DNA of 35,497 bases from an uncultured Methanosarcinales archaeon. Its GTDB lineage: Archaea; Nanobdellota; Nanobdellia; Woesearchaeales; CAZYIM01. The stretch lies in contig CAZYIM010000031.1 of the NCBI GenBank assembly GCA_964647565.1, positions 1 through 35,497 of the forward strand, read 5' to 3'. The translations under genes and the position numbers were made by a program. Below are positions 9,375 through 18,286 of this stretch, in pieces (position 1 is the stretch's first letter; each line of letters begins with the position of its first letter). The notes under the pieces were generated by a model. It was not told the origin of the DNA and searched no databases. It saw only the letters and a list, made by a program, of their open reading frames with translations.

Positions 9375-10676
9375 ATGTATCCTCATACAAAAAAACTAAC
9401 AAGAGGTCAGAAGACTAGACGAGCAATTAGCACTTTAGTTGTAGCAGGAATAGGTGTATTTGGAATAAAGTATGCAGTAACAATCAATAATTACCTTAAA
9501 CCCTTTGAAAACACTTCTGGTAAGAAAAATGTCGTTTTAATTTCCCCTCATAAAACAGCAGATCCTGACAGTTTCTTGCAAAAAAGAGCAAAAAAATTCA
9601 AGAAAATACTGTGTAAAAGAGAACCATTTCGTGAAATGAAATCTCCCTTTGACACGACAAAAGCCAACTATTTCTGTCATACAATAAAGGTTCCTGCCGA
9701 AGCATTAAAACCAAACAATAGCATGTTATCTTTCGATAGAATTATTAAATGGCAGATAGACTCAGTATTAACAGCAGTTGCAAAAAAACATGGCTCAATA
9801 GATCTTGGCATGTTACTTAATCACTCCTCCCCTGACACAAGCGCACTTGCCAAAGTATACCAACAAACAATTATTAAAGAAACACCAACAAAAACCCCTG
9901 GAGTAACTATATGCCAAACAAGATGCCAAAAAAAGACAGCCACCATATCTAATGAGGACATAGAGTTCATTGCAAGAATCAATCCATACTCACAAAAAAT
10001 ATTCAACAACAACTCAAATTTTATATATTATGGCTGCTCTGCAGGAAGAGAGGCAGATCTTGACTCTTTAGGTTCTGCTAAGGGATCCTCTATTGCAAGG
10101 CAGTTAAGTGAGTCATATGGAGTTACTGTTGAAGCACCAAGACATATCTACATGGGATCGATAATAAGGGACGGTGAAAAGATTTTTTTAACATCAAGCA
10201 AACACCCGAAATACCTTGAACATATTCCAATCTCAGATGGTGATGTCATCAAAGATGAAGCATTCAGTATCAAAGGTCCTGACAACAGAGAATATGTTGT
10301 TATATGTAAGAGGGAAATTCTAGACAAGACAACAAATATTGTACATGCATGCAGCGATATCAACAGGATAGTCAGCCTTCGAAACCAAATGACAATGGAT
10401 GAGGATGAGAAAAGAATATCTGAACTCTATGATCACGGGATTAACAAGTTCGATATTAATAAATTAGAAGAACTAGGCTACACAAACTACAAAGAACATC
10501 CTGGCCACACATATTTCATGGACACCAGAACATTTTACAGGCCAAGCAAGTTCAAAAGAATATGCAACAAGGTTGCGCTTGATATTGAAAGATTCACAGA
10601 GATTAAAAAAGCAGAATATGGTATATTGAAAACCAAACTTCTTCTGCAGTACTACAAACTGATTGATAAATATTAG
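9375..10676 (+). CDS. Membrane-anchored protein with possible caspase-fold (DUF4347-like) His/Cys dyad
   Basis: N-terminal TM (RRAISTLVVAGIGVFG); LLNHSS and IYYGCSAG...SIARQLSESYGVTVEAP; TATA at 9345-9352 supports ATG 9375. Confidence 0.6.
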   Translation: MYPHTKKLTRGQKTRRAISTLVVAGIGVFGIKYAVTINNYLKPFENTSGKKNVVLISPHKTADPDSFLQKRAKKFKKILCKREPFREMKSPFDTTKANYFCHTIKVPAEALKPNNSMLSFDRIIKWQIDSVLTAVAKKHGSIDLGMLLNHSSPDTSALAKVYQQTIIKETPTKTPGVTICQTRCQKKTATISNEDIEFIARINPYSQKIFNNNSNFIYYGCSAGREADLDSLGSAKGSSIARQLSESYGVTVEAPRHIYMGSIIRDGEKIFLTSSKHPKYLEHIPISDGDVIKDEAFSIKGPDNREYVVICKREILDKTTNIVHACSDINRIVSLRNQMTMDEDEKRISELYDHGINKFDINKLEELGYTNYKEHPGHTYFMDTRTFYRPSKFKRICNKVALDIERFTEIKKAEYGILKTKLLLQYYKLIDKY

Positions 10677-10729
10677 GTAAAGTAATAACTGATTTCTAAC
10701 CTTTCAACATCTTTCTCAGAAGTAAAAAA

Positions 10730-10862
10730 TGGGCCCGCCCGGACTTCCATCAAAGATATCGATTGAACTACATCTTGTTTTGAACCGGGGACATCCACCT
10801 TGTGAAGGTGGCGTCATCTTCCGCACATCTCTTCAATGTGTACCGGACTAGACCACGGGCCC
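10730..10862 (-). tRNA. tRNA-Val(CAC) with two non-canonical introns (20/21, 24 nt, 10818-10841; 59/60, 35 nt, 10744-10778)
   Basis: Removing both introns gives a 74-nt cloverleaf: GGGCCCGTGGTCTAGTCCGGT^ATGACGCCACCTTCACAAGGTGGATGTCCCCGGTTCAAA^TCCGGGCGGGCCCA. Anticodon at 10802-10804; BHB-like junctions; CCA not encoded. Confidence 0.92.
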
Positions 10863-10961
10863 AAAAAATATAATTTTCCGTGGGACTGAGCCTGAAGCGA
10901 ACGTCGCACATTCCCGATCAAACCTGAAAAGGTTTGCCGCGACTAGACCACGGGCCCAAAA
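10846..10961. repeat. 21-bp perfect direct repeat covering the tRNA-Val 5' end (10846-10866 and 10941-10961)
   Basis: gactagaccacgggcccaaaa occurs twice, 95 bp apart. Confidence 0.95.
10878..10957 (-). ncRNA. tRNA-like structured element or 5' tRNA fragment
   Basis: Starts with the first 17 nt of tRNA-Val, then a CAAACCT/AGGTTTG hairpin, a GTCGC/GCGAC pairing, and CAGGCTC(A), which can pair 6/7 with the acceptor 5' strand. Confidence 0.4.
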
Positions 10962-10964
10962 GCA

Positions 10965-12092
10965 TCATAAAAATTCCACTTCTAACTCTAGTTCGTCGTA
11001 AGTAGGATATTCGTGAATGATGGCAGCTTTAAATTGTTTTTCCTTTATCTTAGAAGCCAGTTTCTTGACCATTTTAACCGACATCAACAACCGAGGTTTG
11101 TGCTCATCAATAAGACAATCCTTTGACTTTAATTTAAGCAACTTCTTCAGTTCACCCAATTGAACAAGGCATTTTTTCCGTTTACCAGTCTTCAGATTTC
11201 TTATCGATTCATTGTAGCCAAAGCCAGGAGCCAGATCTTCAGGATATACCGCACCCCTAATCAATGTACCGCCAACCATGATCCTATCAAAAAGCTTGGC
11301 AATGCCTTGAGCCCGTTTCTTTATCCTCTCAGCTAACTGAACCCTATCTTTCAATGTAGTGGTACAATAGTGGACATTAATGCCTTTTTTTTCACAATAT
11401 TTTAACAATTTCAAAGCAATTTCTTGACTACCCTTAACACCATAAGATATTCTATCTTTTGTCCTAAATCCTTGATCAACCAGATGATTGGCGTTTGAAT
11501 CAGATATCTCAAGTTCATTAATATTTAAGAATTCGATATTAGGTGCAATGAAATCGATCAGCTTTTTGGTCTGTTGTAGTTTACCTGGAATTGAGGGGAT
11601 CTCGACACCCACAGACCAATCAAACTGTTTTGCAAGCCTTATCTTTTTCCATAACCTATCATCACTAATATCTGGATGAAATCGTATCTCGTCAAGACCT
11701 GCATTATAGAGTTGCCTTAACTTTTTTTGATCAACCAAATTAAGGGGTGTATAGAGATGTATATGAAATTTTTTTCCAAATGCCTTTTTCAGGCTTCTTA
11801 TATTAAAACAGGTTCTCCAAAGCTTGCACAATGGATCACCACCAGTAATGCCCGCACCCTTTGCACTGCATAGCTTGGCCTCTTTAATTATATTTTTTAT
11901 ATTCCTAGTTGGCATCTCATTGGCATAAACTACATCCTTATCCTTCTTAAGATCAGAAATAGGGCAGTATAGGCACTGTTTAGAACAAAGACCTGTTATA
12001 AAAAGTACCAATTTCTCACCCTTAACGCAGAGCTGACATCCTTTTGACAGACTACCGATCTTCCAAGAATAATAAGCTGTCTTCTTGATCAT
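10965..12092 (-). CDS. Archaeal radical SAM protein (COG2108-like, PFL-activating-enzyme related)
   Basis: GCQLCVKGEKLVLFITGLCSKQCLYCPIS (CxxxCxxC), GITGGDP, LDEIRFHP, LNINELE. Start MIKKT at 12092 avoids overlap with the divergent gene. Confidence 0.88.
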   Translation of the reverse strand: MIKKTAYYSWKIGSLSKGCQLCVKGEKLVLFITGLCSKQCLYCPISDLKKDKDVVYANEMPTRNIKNIIKEAKLCSAKGAGITGGDPLCKLWRTCFNIRSLKKAFGKKFHIHLYTPLNLVDQKKLRQLYNAGLDEIRFHPDISDDRLWKKIRLAKQFDWSVGVEIPSIPGKLQQTKKLIDFIAPNIEFLNINELEISDSNANHLVDQGFRTKDRISYGVKGSQEIALKLLKYCEKKGINVHYCTTTLKDRVQLAERIKKRAQGIAKLFDRIMVGGTLIRGAVYPEDLAPGFGYNESIRNLKTGKRKKCLVQLGELKKLLKLKSKDCLIDEHKPRLLMSVKMVKKLASKIKEKQFKAAIIHEYPTYDELELEVEFL

Positions 12093-12153
12093 TCGACGAT
12101 AAAACCAAGGTTTATTAATAAAGTTTATTAATAAATTCATCTTCCCACTCCTC

Positions 12154-13002
12154 ATGAAACAGGCAAAGATTGGAATGATAGGATTTCCAGTTGAAGCAAA
12201 GAGCTGGCGCCTAGATGTCGAAAATATGGATTTTGGACTTGATGATTTTCTCATACCTGAAAAAACCAACCGAGTCAGAGAGCATATCAAAGAAAAACAT
12301 CCAGATATAACTGATCTTGGGGAATATGATTTCGGATATGACTTTAGCGATATCCACTATCGGCAAATGCCAAATATTCTTTATCAAAGTTGGCTACGCC
12401 AATATAAAACTATTACTAACGAACAAGTCTGGGAAGCAAGAGATCATGTGCTGAATGTAAAGAAAGATTTCGACAAATTTCTCTGCATAGCACCATCCCA
12501 CATTCTGGGCGTAACCCTTTATGAAGATGATGATTTTGTAGCCAGATTAGATGCTCATGGAGACTATTTCCCTCTCAGCGATAGGGAGAAAGAGGACAAC
12601 CCCATCGGGTTAAGTCATGCAAGATATATGAATCATGTTGAACAAAAGTTCCCGCATGCAACCATATATAACTACGGAGTTCTTGACTTCAAGAAAATTG
12701 CCGAAGAGGAAGGAAGAGAGCTCGTAGGGGGCGACATGACCTATTATGGTGAGTTAAAAAACATATCAGAAATAGATTTCCCATTCAACCACATCGATAT
12801 TGATATGGATGCATTTGAAAGTAAGAATGGTTTTACAAGAAGTCATTTCTATTCTGACCTTGAGCCAGAGCAATTATTTGAGTTGGTAACTCTTTCAAAT
12901 CCAAGTAAAATAGGACTTTATGAGTTTTCTACAATGTGGGGAACATCGGTTTTAAAGTTCGCAGACCTGCTCATTACCACCTGGAAAGAAGCAGACAATT
13001 AG
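12154..13002 (+). CDS. Divergent arginase/ureohydrolase-fold protein
   Basis: RLDAHGD and HIDIDMDAF metal-ligand motifs; APSH in place of GGDH. Confidence 0.6.
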   Translation: MKQAKIGMIGFPVEAKSWRLDVENMDFGLDDFLIPEKTNRVREHIKEKHPDITDLGEYDFGYDFSDIHYRQMPNILYQSWLRQYKTITNEQVWEARDHVLNVKKDFDKFLCIAPSHILGVTLYEDDDFVARLDAHGDYFPLSDREKEDNPIGLSHARYMNHVEQKFPHATIYNYGVLDFKKIAEEEGRELVGGDMTYYGELKNISEIDFPFNHIDIDMDAFESKNGFTRSHFYSDLEPEQLFELVTLSNPSKIGLYEFSTMWGTSVLKFADLLITTWKEADN

Positions 13003-13778
13003 AGAAACAGGTTCTGGTAATTCATGAAGATATTATTGGCAACTTCTTCTGGATCCATACCCTTGATCTCTGCCATCTTTTTTATGGTCTCGATCACAAA
13101 TCTGGGCTCGTTCCTCCTGATATCAGGATAAGGACTGATAAATGGCGCATCTGTCTCAGTGAACAACTGAGCAATTGGTGCCATAGTAACAATGTTCTGG
13201 AAGTGCTCTGACTTGATTATGTTACAGGGGATCGAAAGATACCATTTATTTTCTATTATTCTCTTGATAAGATGTTTCCTACCTGAGAAACAATGCATCA
13301 CAATCTTCTTATAATCGAATTCCTCCAACAACTCAACCACTTCTAGTTCGGCCTTCCTAGAATGAACAATTATCGGAATATTTTTTTTCATAGCCAATGC
13401 AACAAACTTACGCAGATAGTTCTTCATTTTCTCTTTGCGCTCTTCTGTAAGCTCTTCCTTATGCTCTGAATATGGTCCAAGAAAGTAGTCAAGACCGCAT
13501 TCACCTATTGCAATTATATCCTGCTGCTCAATGAACTGAAGCTCTTGCTCAATCTCTTCATCTGTCATCTCAAGAATATGTGTCGGGTAAATACCAAGGG
13601 CAGGCTTAATCAGGTCATATTTTTCTGCCAGTTCAAGGGTTTTCCTATTGCTTTTCACATCTACCCCATTATTGATGACGAACTTTACATCTGAATCTTT
13701 ATTTTTTTGTATAACCGCATCTAGATCATCCTTGTAATCATCAAAATCCAGGTGCGCATGAACATCTATTAGCTGCAT
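12999..13778 (-). CDS. tatD: TatD family deoxyribonuclease
   Basis: DVHAHLD, AIGECGLDY, IVHSRKA, VMHCFSG, TETDAPF. Confidence 0.95.
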   Translation of the reverse strand: MQLIDVHAHLDFDDYKDDLDAVIQKNKDSDVKFVINNGVDVKSNRKTLELAEKYDLIKPALGIYPTHILEMTDEEIEQELQFIEQQDIIAIGECGLDYFLGPYSEHKEELTEERKEKMKNYLRKFVALAMKKNIPIIVHSRKAELEVVELLEEFDYKKIVMHCFSGRKHLIKRIIENKWYLSIPCNIIKSEHFQNIVTMAPIAQLFTETDAPFISPYPDIRRNEPRFVIETIKKMAEIKGMDPEEVANNIFMNYQNLFL

Positions 13779-13887
13779 GAATGGTTGAATTGCCTAGGAG
13801 TTTTTATGTTTTACCGATATTGTTAACCACTCTTCAGTGATAAAATAACCGAAAACTTTAAAAAAGGTAGAAGATGACAACCTGTTA

Positions 13888-14700
13888 ATGGACATAAAAA
13901 AATATCTGAATGTCGGATTATTTTCAGTACAAGAAGCAGAGAAGATAATAAGAAAAGGAAAATCTCTGCATGGAAAAATACCATATGAAAGAAAGGCAGA
14001 TGGAACTCCTGTAACAAAATATGATGTTGCAGCTGAAAAAAGAATGAAGGCAATCATATGCCCCATTTTTCCAACCCACACAGTTCACGGAGAAGAAACC
14101 AAAGAGAAAAAAGGCACAAGCCTTTACAGATGGGATATAGATCCTATTGATGGCAGCTGGGCTTATATTAAAAACGATCCAAATGTTGCAACTTCACTCT
14201 CATTGTCATATGATAATAAGGTCATCCTCTATATCATTAACAATCCATTAACACAAGACTTGTTCTATGGGGGACAAGGCCTTATAAGCAAGCTAGATGA
14301 TCAACCACTCCCCTTTGATAGAGAAGAAGGACTACAAAATGCAGTCTGTCAATATCAGTTTTCTGGATCAAAAAATCAAGAACGCATGAAACTTTATGAG
14401 CTGCTTGTTGAAGAAAAGATCGGTAAATTGGTCAACAATGGAGGTTCAATCGCATATCATCTTGCACAAATTGCTGCTGGTACACAGGCAGCCTACATAC
14501 TGAATGTGAATTATGATGTAAATCCATTTGCAAAAGCAGGCATTGCACTGGTAAGAAGCGTTGGAGGGCTTGTTACTGATTTAGATAGAAAAAATGTTGA
14601 TATTTCAGGACCCTGCAAATTCTTAGTTGCATCCAATAATCCTAGTGTCCATGATCAACTCTTAAATCAACTTTCAGTAGTTGGTTTTAACAAGAACTAA
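13888..14700 (+). CDS. Inositol monophosphatase family protein
   Basis: PVTKYDVAAE, HGEE, WDIDPIDGS, GGLVTDLD. Confidence 0.85.
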   Translation: MDIKKYLNVGLFSVQEAEKIIRKGKSLHGKIPYERKADGTPVTKYDVAAEKRMKAIICPIFPTHTVHGEETKEKKGTSLYRWDIDPIDGSWAYIKNDPNVATSLSLSYDNKVILYIINNPLTQDLFYGGQGLISKLDDQPLPFDREEGLQNAVCQYQFSGSKNQERMKLYELLVEEKIGKLVNNGGSIAYHLAQIAAGTQAAYILNVNYDVNPFAKAGIALVRSVGGLVTDLDRKNVDISGPCKFLVASNNPSVHDQLLNQLSVVGFNKN

Positions 14701-14708
14701 CAAAAACT

Positions 14709-15095
14709 CTAAACTTCATCACCAGGCCCTTTCTTGAAACTCTCAATCAAGTCAATCATATATTTACCATCTTCAAGCCTGTAAATCAAGGGCTTTTTCT
14801 TGAACAGGCTAACAAGATCCAATTCATATTTCCCGGGCTTTAAAATCCGAATCGATTCCAAATCCAGAACAATAGGTTTCTCTCTATCTATCTCATCACC
14901 AAGGATATCCAGAACATCCTTCTCAATCTGTTCCTTTTCTTTTTTAGTCAGCTTAAATAAAGGCTCTTCCTTTGCCTTCTTCATGGTTTCTTTCTTGATA
15001 TAGAAAAAGAACTTTCCACCACACTTGCAACCACTAAGTATTTCCTGAGCACCATCTTCATAGAATGATCCGCATTTGACGCATTGATGTGGCAT
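14709..15095 (-). CDS. oapC: Zn-ribbon protein OapC (DUF2072/COG3364)
   Basis: MPHQCVKCG...ILSGCKCGGKFFFY, ESIRILKPGKYELDL; third gene of the oap operon. Confidence 0.88.
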   Translation of the reverse strand: MPHQCVKCGSFYEDGAQEILSGCKCGGKFFFYIKKETMKKAKEEPLFKLTKKEKEQIEKDVLDILGDEIDREKPIVLDLESIRILKPGKYELDLVSLFKKKPLIYRLEDGKYMIDLIESFKKGPGDEV

Positions 15096-15120
15096 TATTA
15101 ATCCTCCTATTCACTCTTAT

Positions 15121-15516
15121 TTATTTTTTCTTTTTTTTAGAAGCAGTAATCTCCTCAGTTAAGAGCTGTATCTTATCAGGATCTTTCTTTATTTCCTTAA
15201 TAATACTGGCAGGCCCAATAATAGTGAGTCCTTTCCGGTCTCCAAGCAGGAGATTGATTAGTGATGATTTGATTTTCTTTAGGAAAGGGTCTGCATCCCG
15301 ATTCTCAGGATAGACAACACTCAGTTCAATACCTTTGAACTGGTCATTTATCTGCTCCATGGTCTTTCTAATCAACTCAGTCTCCTCATAGGACTTGAGT
15401 TTTCCTTCTAGAAGAACTATCTTCTCCTCTTTGACAATCCTTAATAATTTATTGATCCTCTTCTGAGAACTCAGATTCTCAATATCTCGATAAGGCACGA
15501 ATTGTAGTGTTAACAT
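15121..15516 (-). CDS. oapB: OapB, DUF2073 protein (COG3365)
   Basis: IVLLEGKL..EETELI..TM..I...FKGIE, GLTIIGPA. Confidence 0.88.
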   Translation of the reverse strand: MLTLQFVPYRDIENLSSQKRINKLLRIVKEEKIVLLEGKLKSYEETELIRKTMEQINDQFKGIELSVVYPENRDADPFLKKIKSSLINLLLGDRKGLTIIGPASIIKEIKKDPDKIQLLTEEITASKKKKK

Positions 15517-15517
15517 T

Positions 15518-16150
15518 TTACTTCACAACCCTAAATAAAGCTTCATAAAACTCATCTATGTTATTCCCAAATTTAGCACTTATACCAATTACTTCATACT
15601 GAGGGAAAGCTGACTGAAGCTTCTTAAGATCCGACTTCTTGAGATCAATCTTATTCCCGACGATCAACACAGGGATTTTTCTGGCTTCTAGATTACCAAT
15701 TATCGTAATATTGACCTGCGTATAAGGATCTTTGGTACTATCAAGAACAATCACCACCGCATCCATGTCATCTAACCATTTAATAGAATCGATGACACCT
15801 TTCGTCGCCTCTTTCGCTCTAGACTTGGCCTCTGTCTCTTTCAAACCTAGTTTCATAAAGTCCTCGTAGTCAATTTTCGTCGCTATACCTGGCGTATCAA
15901 CAAGATTAAAAGCCAGCTCCTTTCCCTTGCTCTTGATGGAAATCTGCTCTTTGATCTGTATCTCTCGCGTCTCATGCGCAACATTAGACACAGAACCCAT
16001 CTCTTCACCTAGCCAATCCAAACAAACCTTATTGGCCAAGGTTGTTTTTCCACCATTAGGAGGACCATAGAGGCCCATTTTTATCTGTTTTTTCTTATTA
16101 AAAAGATTCCTGAAGAACTTTTTTATAAAAAACTTAAACGAACTAATCAT
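15518..16150 (-). CDS. oapA: Era-like GTPase OapA
   Basis: GPPNGGKTT, HETR, DTPG, DPYTQVN, NKID, ISAK. Confidence 0.9.
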   Translation of the reverse strand: MISSFKFFIKKFFRNLFNKKKQIKMGLYGPPNGGKTTLANKVCLDWLGEEMGSVSNVAHETREIQIKEQISIKSKGKELAFNLVDTPGIATKIDYEDFMKLGLKETEAKSRAKEATKGVIDSIKWLDDMDAVVIVLDSTKDPYTQVNITIIGNLEARKIPVLIVGNKIDLKKSDLKKLQSAFPQYEVIGISAKFGNNIDEFYEALFRVVK

Positions 16151-16416
16151 AAAGAAATTTCTGAATTAAGGAATATATAAAGATTGTGCTTTTTTAGTCT
16201 ATATTTCTCGTTTTTTCGCATATGATATAAGGTGTTTATTAAGCCTGAATCCCTTTTTAATTTGATACGTTTTGTGTCAATCTCGGCCAGTTTAAAATCA
16301 CAATATGCCTAATTCTCCACCATAATATATCGGCAATTCAGCAACATATGAACGTAAGTTTAATAAATCATCCCGCACATTAATAGTATTGTAAGCTATC
16401 AGATATAGGGGACACA

Positions 16417-16605
16417 ATGATACGCGACAACCAAAGGCTAGAAAACAAATGTCAATACATTAAGGCAATGGTTAAAGGTGAATTTGAGCCTAAAGCTGGA
16501 GAATTTGGTTTCTGGAACCCCGAGGGTGTGCTGGTTTATCAGCAAAGATATATAACATCAATAGATTCCAGACCAAAATACCGAACCAGAAGATCACGAC
16601 CTTAA
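16417..16605 (+). CDS. Small hypothetical protein
   Basis: 62-aa ORF with SD-like AGGGGA and an upstream TTTAATAA; no recognised motif. Confidence 0.45.
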   Translation: MIRDNQRLENKCQYIKAMVKGEFEPKAGEFGFWNPEGVLVYQQRYITSIDSRPKYRTRRSRP

Positions 16606-16698
16606 TTCAATTGCCATTAATGTTTCAAGATTTAATGTTTTACCAGAATATCATTCTTTATCTTCAGAATCTGTTGATTGTGTAAGTTAAGAAATTTA

Positions 16699-17073
16699 TT
16701 AAAATTTCTTTTTCTTCTTCTCATAATTCTTTATGGCTTCCCTTAGGGCATCGGCTGCCAGATTGCTACAGTGCATCTTCATAGGAGGCAGACCGTCCAA
16801 AGATGCTGCAACCTCATCTTTTGAAATATTTTTTGCAGCCTCCAAGGTTTTGCCTTTGGCTATCTCAGTGATTACGCTGCTAGTAGCAATTGCAGCTCCG
16901 CAACCAAAGGTCTTGAACTTTATATCCGCAATTTTATTATCTTTGACCTTGATCTGGATTTTCATCAAATCACCACAGACAGGATTGCCGACTTCCCCTT
17001 CTCCATCAGGATTTTCCATCTCACCTACATTTTTAGGATTTGTAAAATGTTGCATAACTTTATCGCTGTACAT
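16699..17073 (-). CDS. iscU: Fe-S cluster scaffold IscU/NifU
   Basis: YSDKVMQHFTNPKNVG, NPVCGD, TFGCGAAIA, LPPMKMHCS; SD AGGTGG 7 nt before ATG 17073. Confidence 0.95.
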   Translation of the reverse strand: MYSDKVMQHFTNPKNVGEMENPDGEGEVGNPVCGDLMKIQIKVKDNKIADIKFKTFGCGAAIATSSVITEIAKGKTLEAAKNISKDEVAASLDGLPPMKMHCSNLAADALREAIKNYEKKKKKF

Positions 17074-17095
17074 GTTCATACCACCTTTGCTTTTT

Positions 17096-18286
17096 TTATT
17101 CTTCTTCATGTTCATGCCCATGATCAGTTGTTTTAGGTATATAACCTTCTTTAATCGGACTTAGCGCCCTGAGCTTGACAATTATCTCTTTTAAAGCCCC
17201 AATAGTGTAATCCAGTTCCTCTTTAGTTGTATATCTGGATAAGGTAAACCTGATGGTCCCGTGTGCAACTTCATGCTTTAATCCTATGGCAAGTAACACA
17301 TGACTGGGTTTTAGCGACTGACTAGAGCATGCAGAGCCTGTTGAAACTGCAATGCCTTTCATATCTAGCTGCAACAATATAGATTCTCCCTCTATAAAGT
17401 TAAATGAAATACTGGCATTATTGCATAATCTTTGTTCCCTATGCCCATTTAGCTGAGTATGAGGAAACTTTAGCAATTCATCTATAAGATAATTCCTAAG
17501 TTCAGTCAGTTGTTCAACATGATTTTCATTTGCCAACTCTACTGCTTTTGCAAAGCCAACTGCACCAGGTATGTTTTCTGTCCCTGCGCGTATATCGTGC
17601 TCATGATGACCGCCATGAATCATTTTTTTCAGTTTCAGACCTTTTCTGATATAAAGCGCACCAATACCTTTTGGACCGTGTATCTTATGAGCAGATAGTG
17701 CTGCTAATGCAATGTTCATCTTCTTTACATCAAAGGGAACCTTAGTGAAGCTCTGGACTGCATCTGTATGCAAAAGTACATTTTTTCCAGCACAGATCTT
17801 GCCTATTGCCTCCATATCTTGGATCACGCCAATTTCATTATTGGCATGCATTATTGAAACCAAGATTGTCCTATCTGTTATTGCGTTCTCCAACTGTTGT
17901 AGATCAATCAAACCATCTTTATCAACTTTCAAATAAGTTATCTCAAACCCATCCTTAGTTAATTCTTTGCAGGTTGAAAGGATTGCAGGATGTTCAATAT
18001 CAGTGGTTACTATATGATTGCCTTTATCTTTATTACTATATGCAATGCCCTTTAGAGCCAGATTGTCGGATTCAGAGCCTCCAGATGTGAATATGATCTC
18101 AGAAGGATCTGCATTAATCTTATTCGCTATGACCTCCCTACTATCTTCAAGAGCTTGTTTAGCATCTCTTCCAAATTGATGAAGAGAGGAAGCATTGCCA
18201 TACTTCTCTGAATATATAAGTGTCATAGCATCTACTGCTTCTTTGGCAACCATCGTGGTAGCTCCATTATCGAGATATGCCTTCAT
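17096..18286 (-). CDS. iscS: Cysteine desulfurase IscS/NifS
   Basis: YLDNGATT, FTSGGSESDN, HTDAVQ, SAHKIHGPKG, STGSACSS. Confidence 0.97.
   Translation of the reverse strand: MKAYLDNGATTMVAKEAVDAMTLIYSEKYGNASSLHQFGRDAKQALEDSREVIANKINADPSEIIFTSGGSESDNLALKGIAYSNKDKGNHIVTTDIEHPAILSTCKELTKDGFEITYLKVDKDGLIDLQQLENAITDRTILVSIMHANNEIGVIQDMEAIGKICAGKNVLLHTDAVQSFTKVPFDVKKMNIALAALSAHKIHGPKGIGALYIRKGLKLKKMIHGGHHEHDIRAGTENIPGAVGFAKAVELANENHVEQLTELRNYLIDELLKFPHTQLNGHREQRLCNNASISFNFIEGESILLQLDMKGIAVSTGSACSSQSLKPSHVLLAIGLKHEVAHGTIRFTLSRYTTKEELDYTIGALKEIIVKLRALSPIKEGYIPKTTDHGHEHEEE

Noticed and set aside
10846..10961. Mini-CRISPR reading of the 21-bp repeat
   Set aside because: Only two copies, a 74-bp spacer, the repeat is the tRNA 5' end, and no cas genes are present
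12093..12290. N-terminal extension of the radical SAM ORF
   Set aside because: Overlaps the divergent gene and spans back-to-back TTTATTAA promoter elements
16151..16698. Annotating oriC
   Set aside because: No ORB repeats, no cdc6 and no clear gene-orientation switch; kept only as a hypothesis
17074..17121. MGMNMKKNKK extension of IscU
   Set aside because: Overlaps the iscS end; the SD supports ATG 17073
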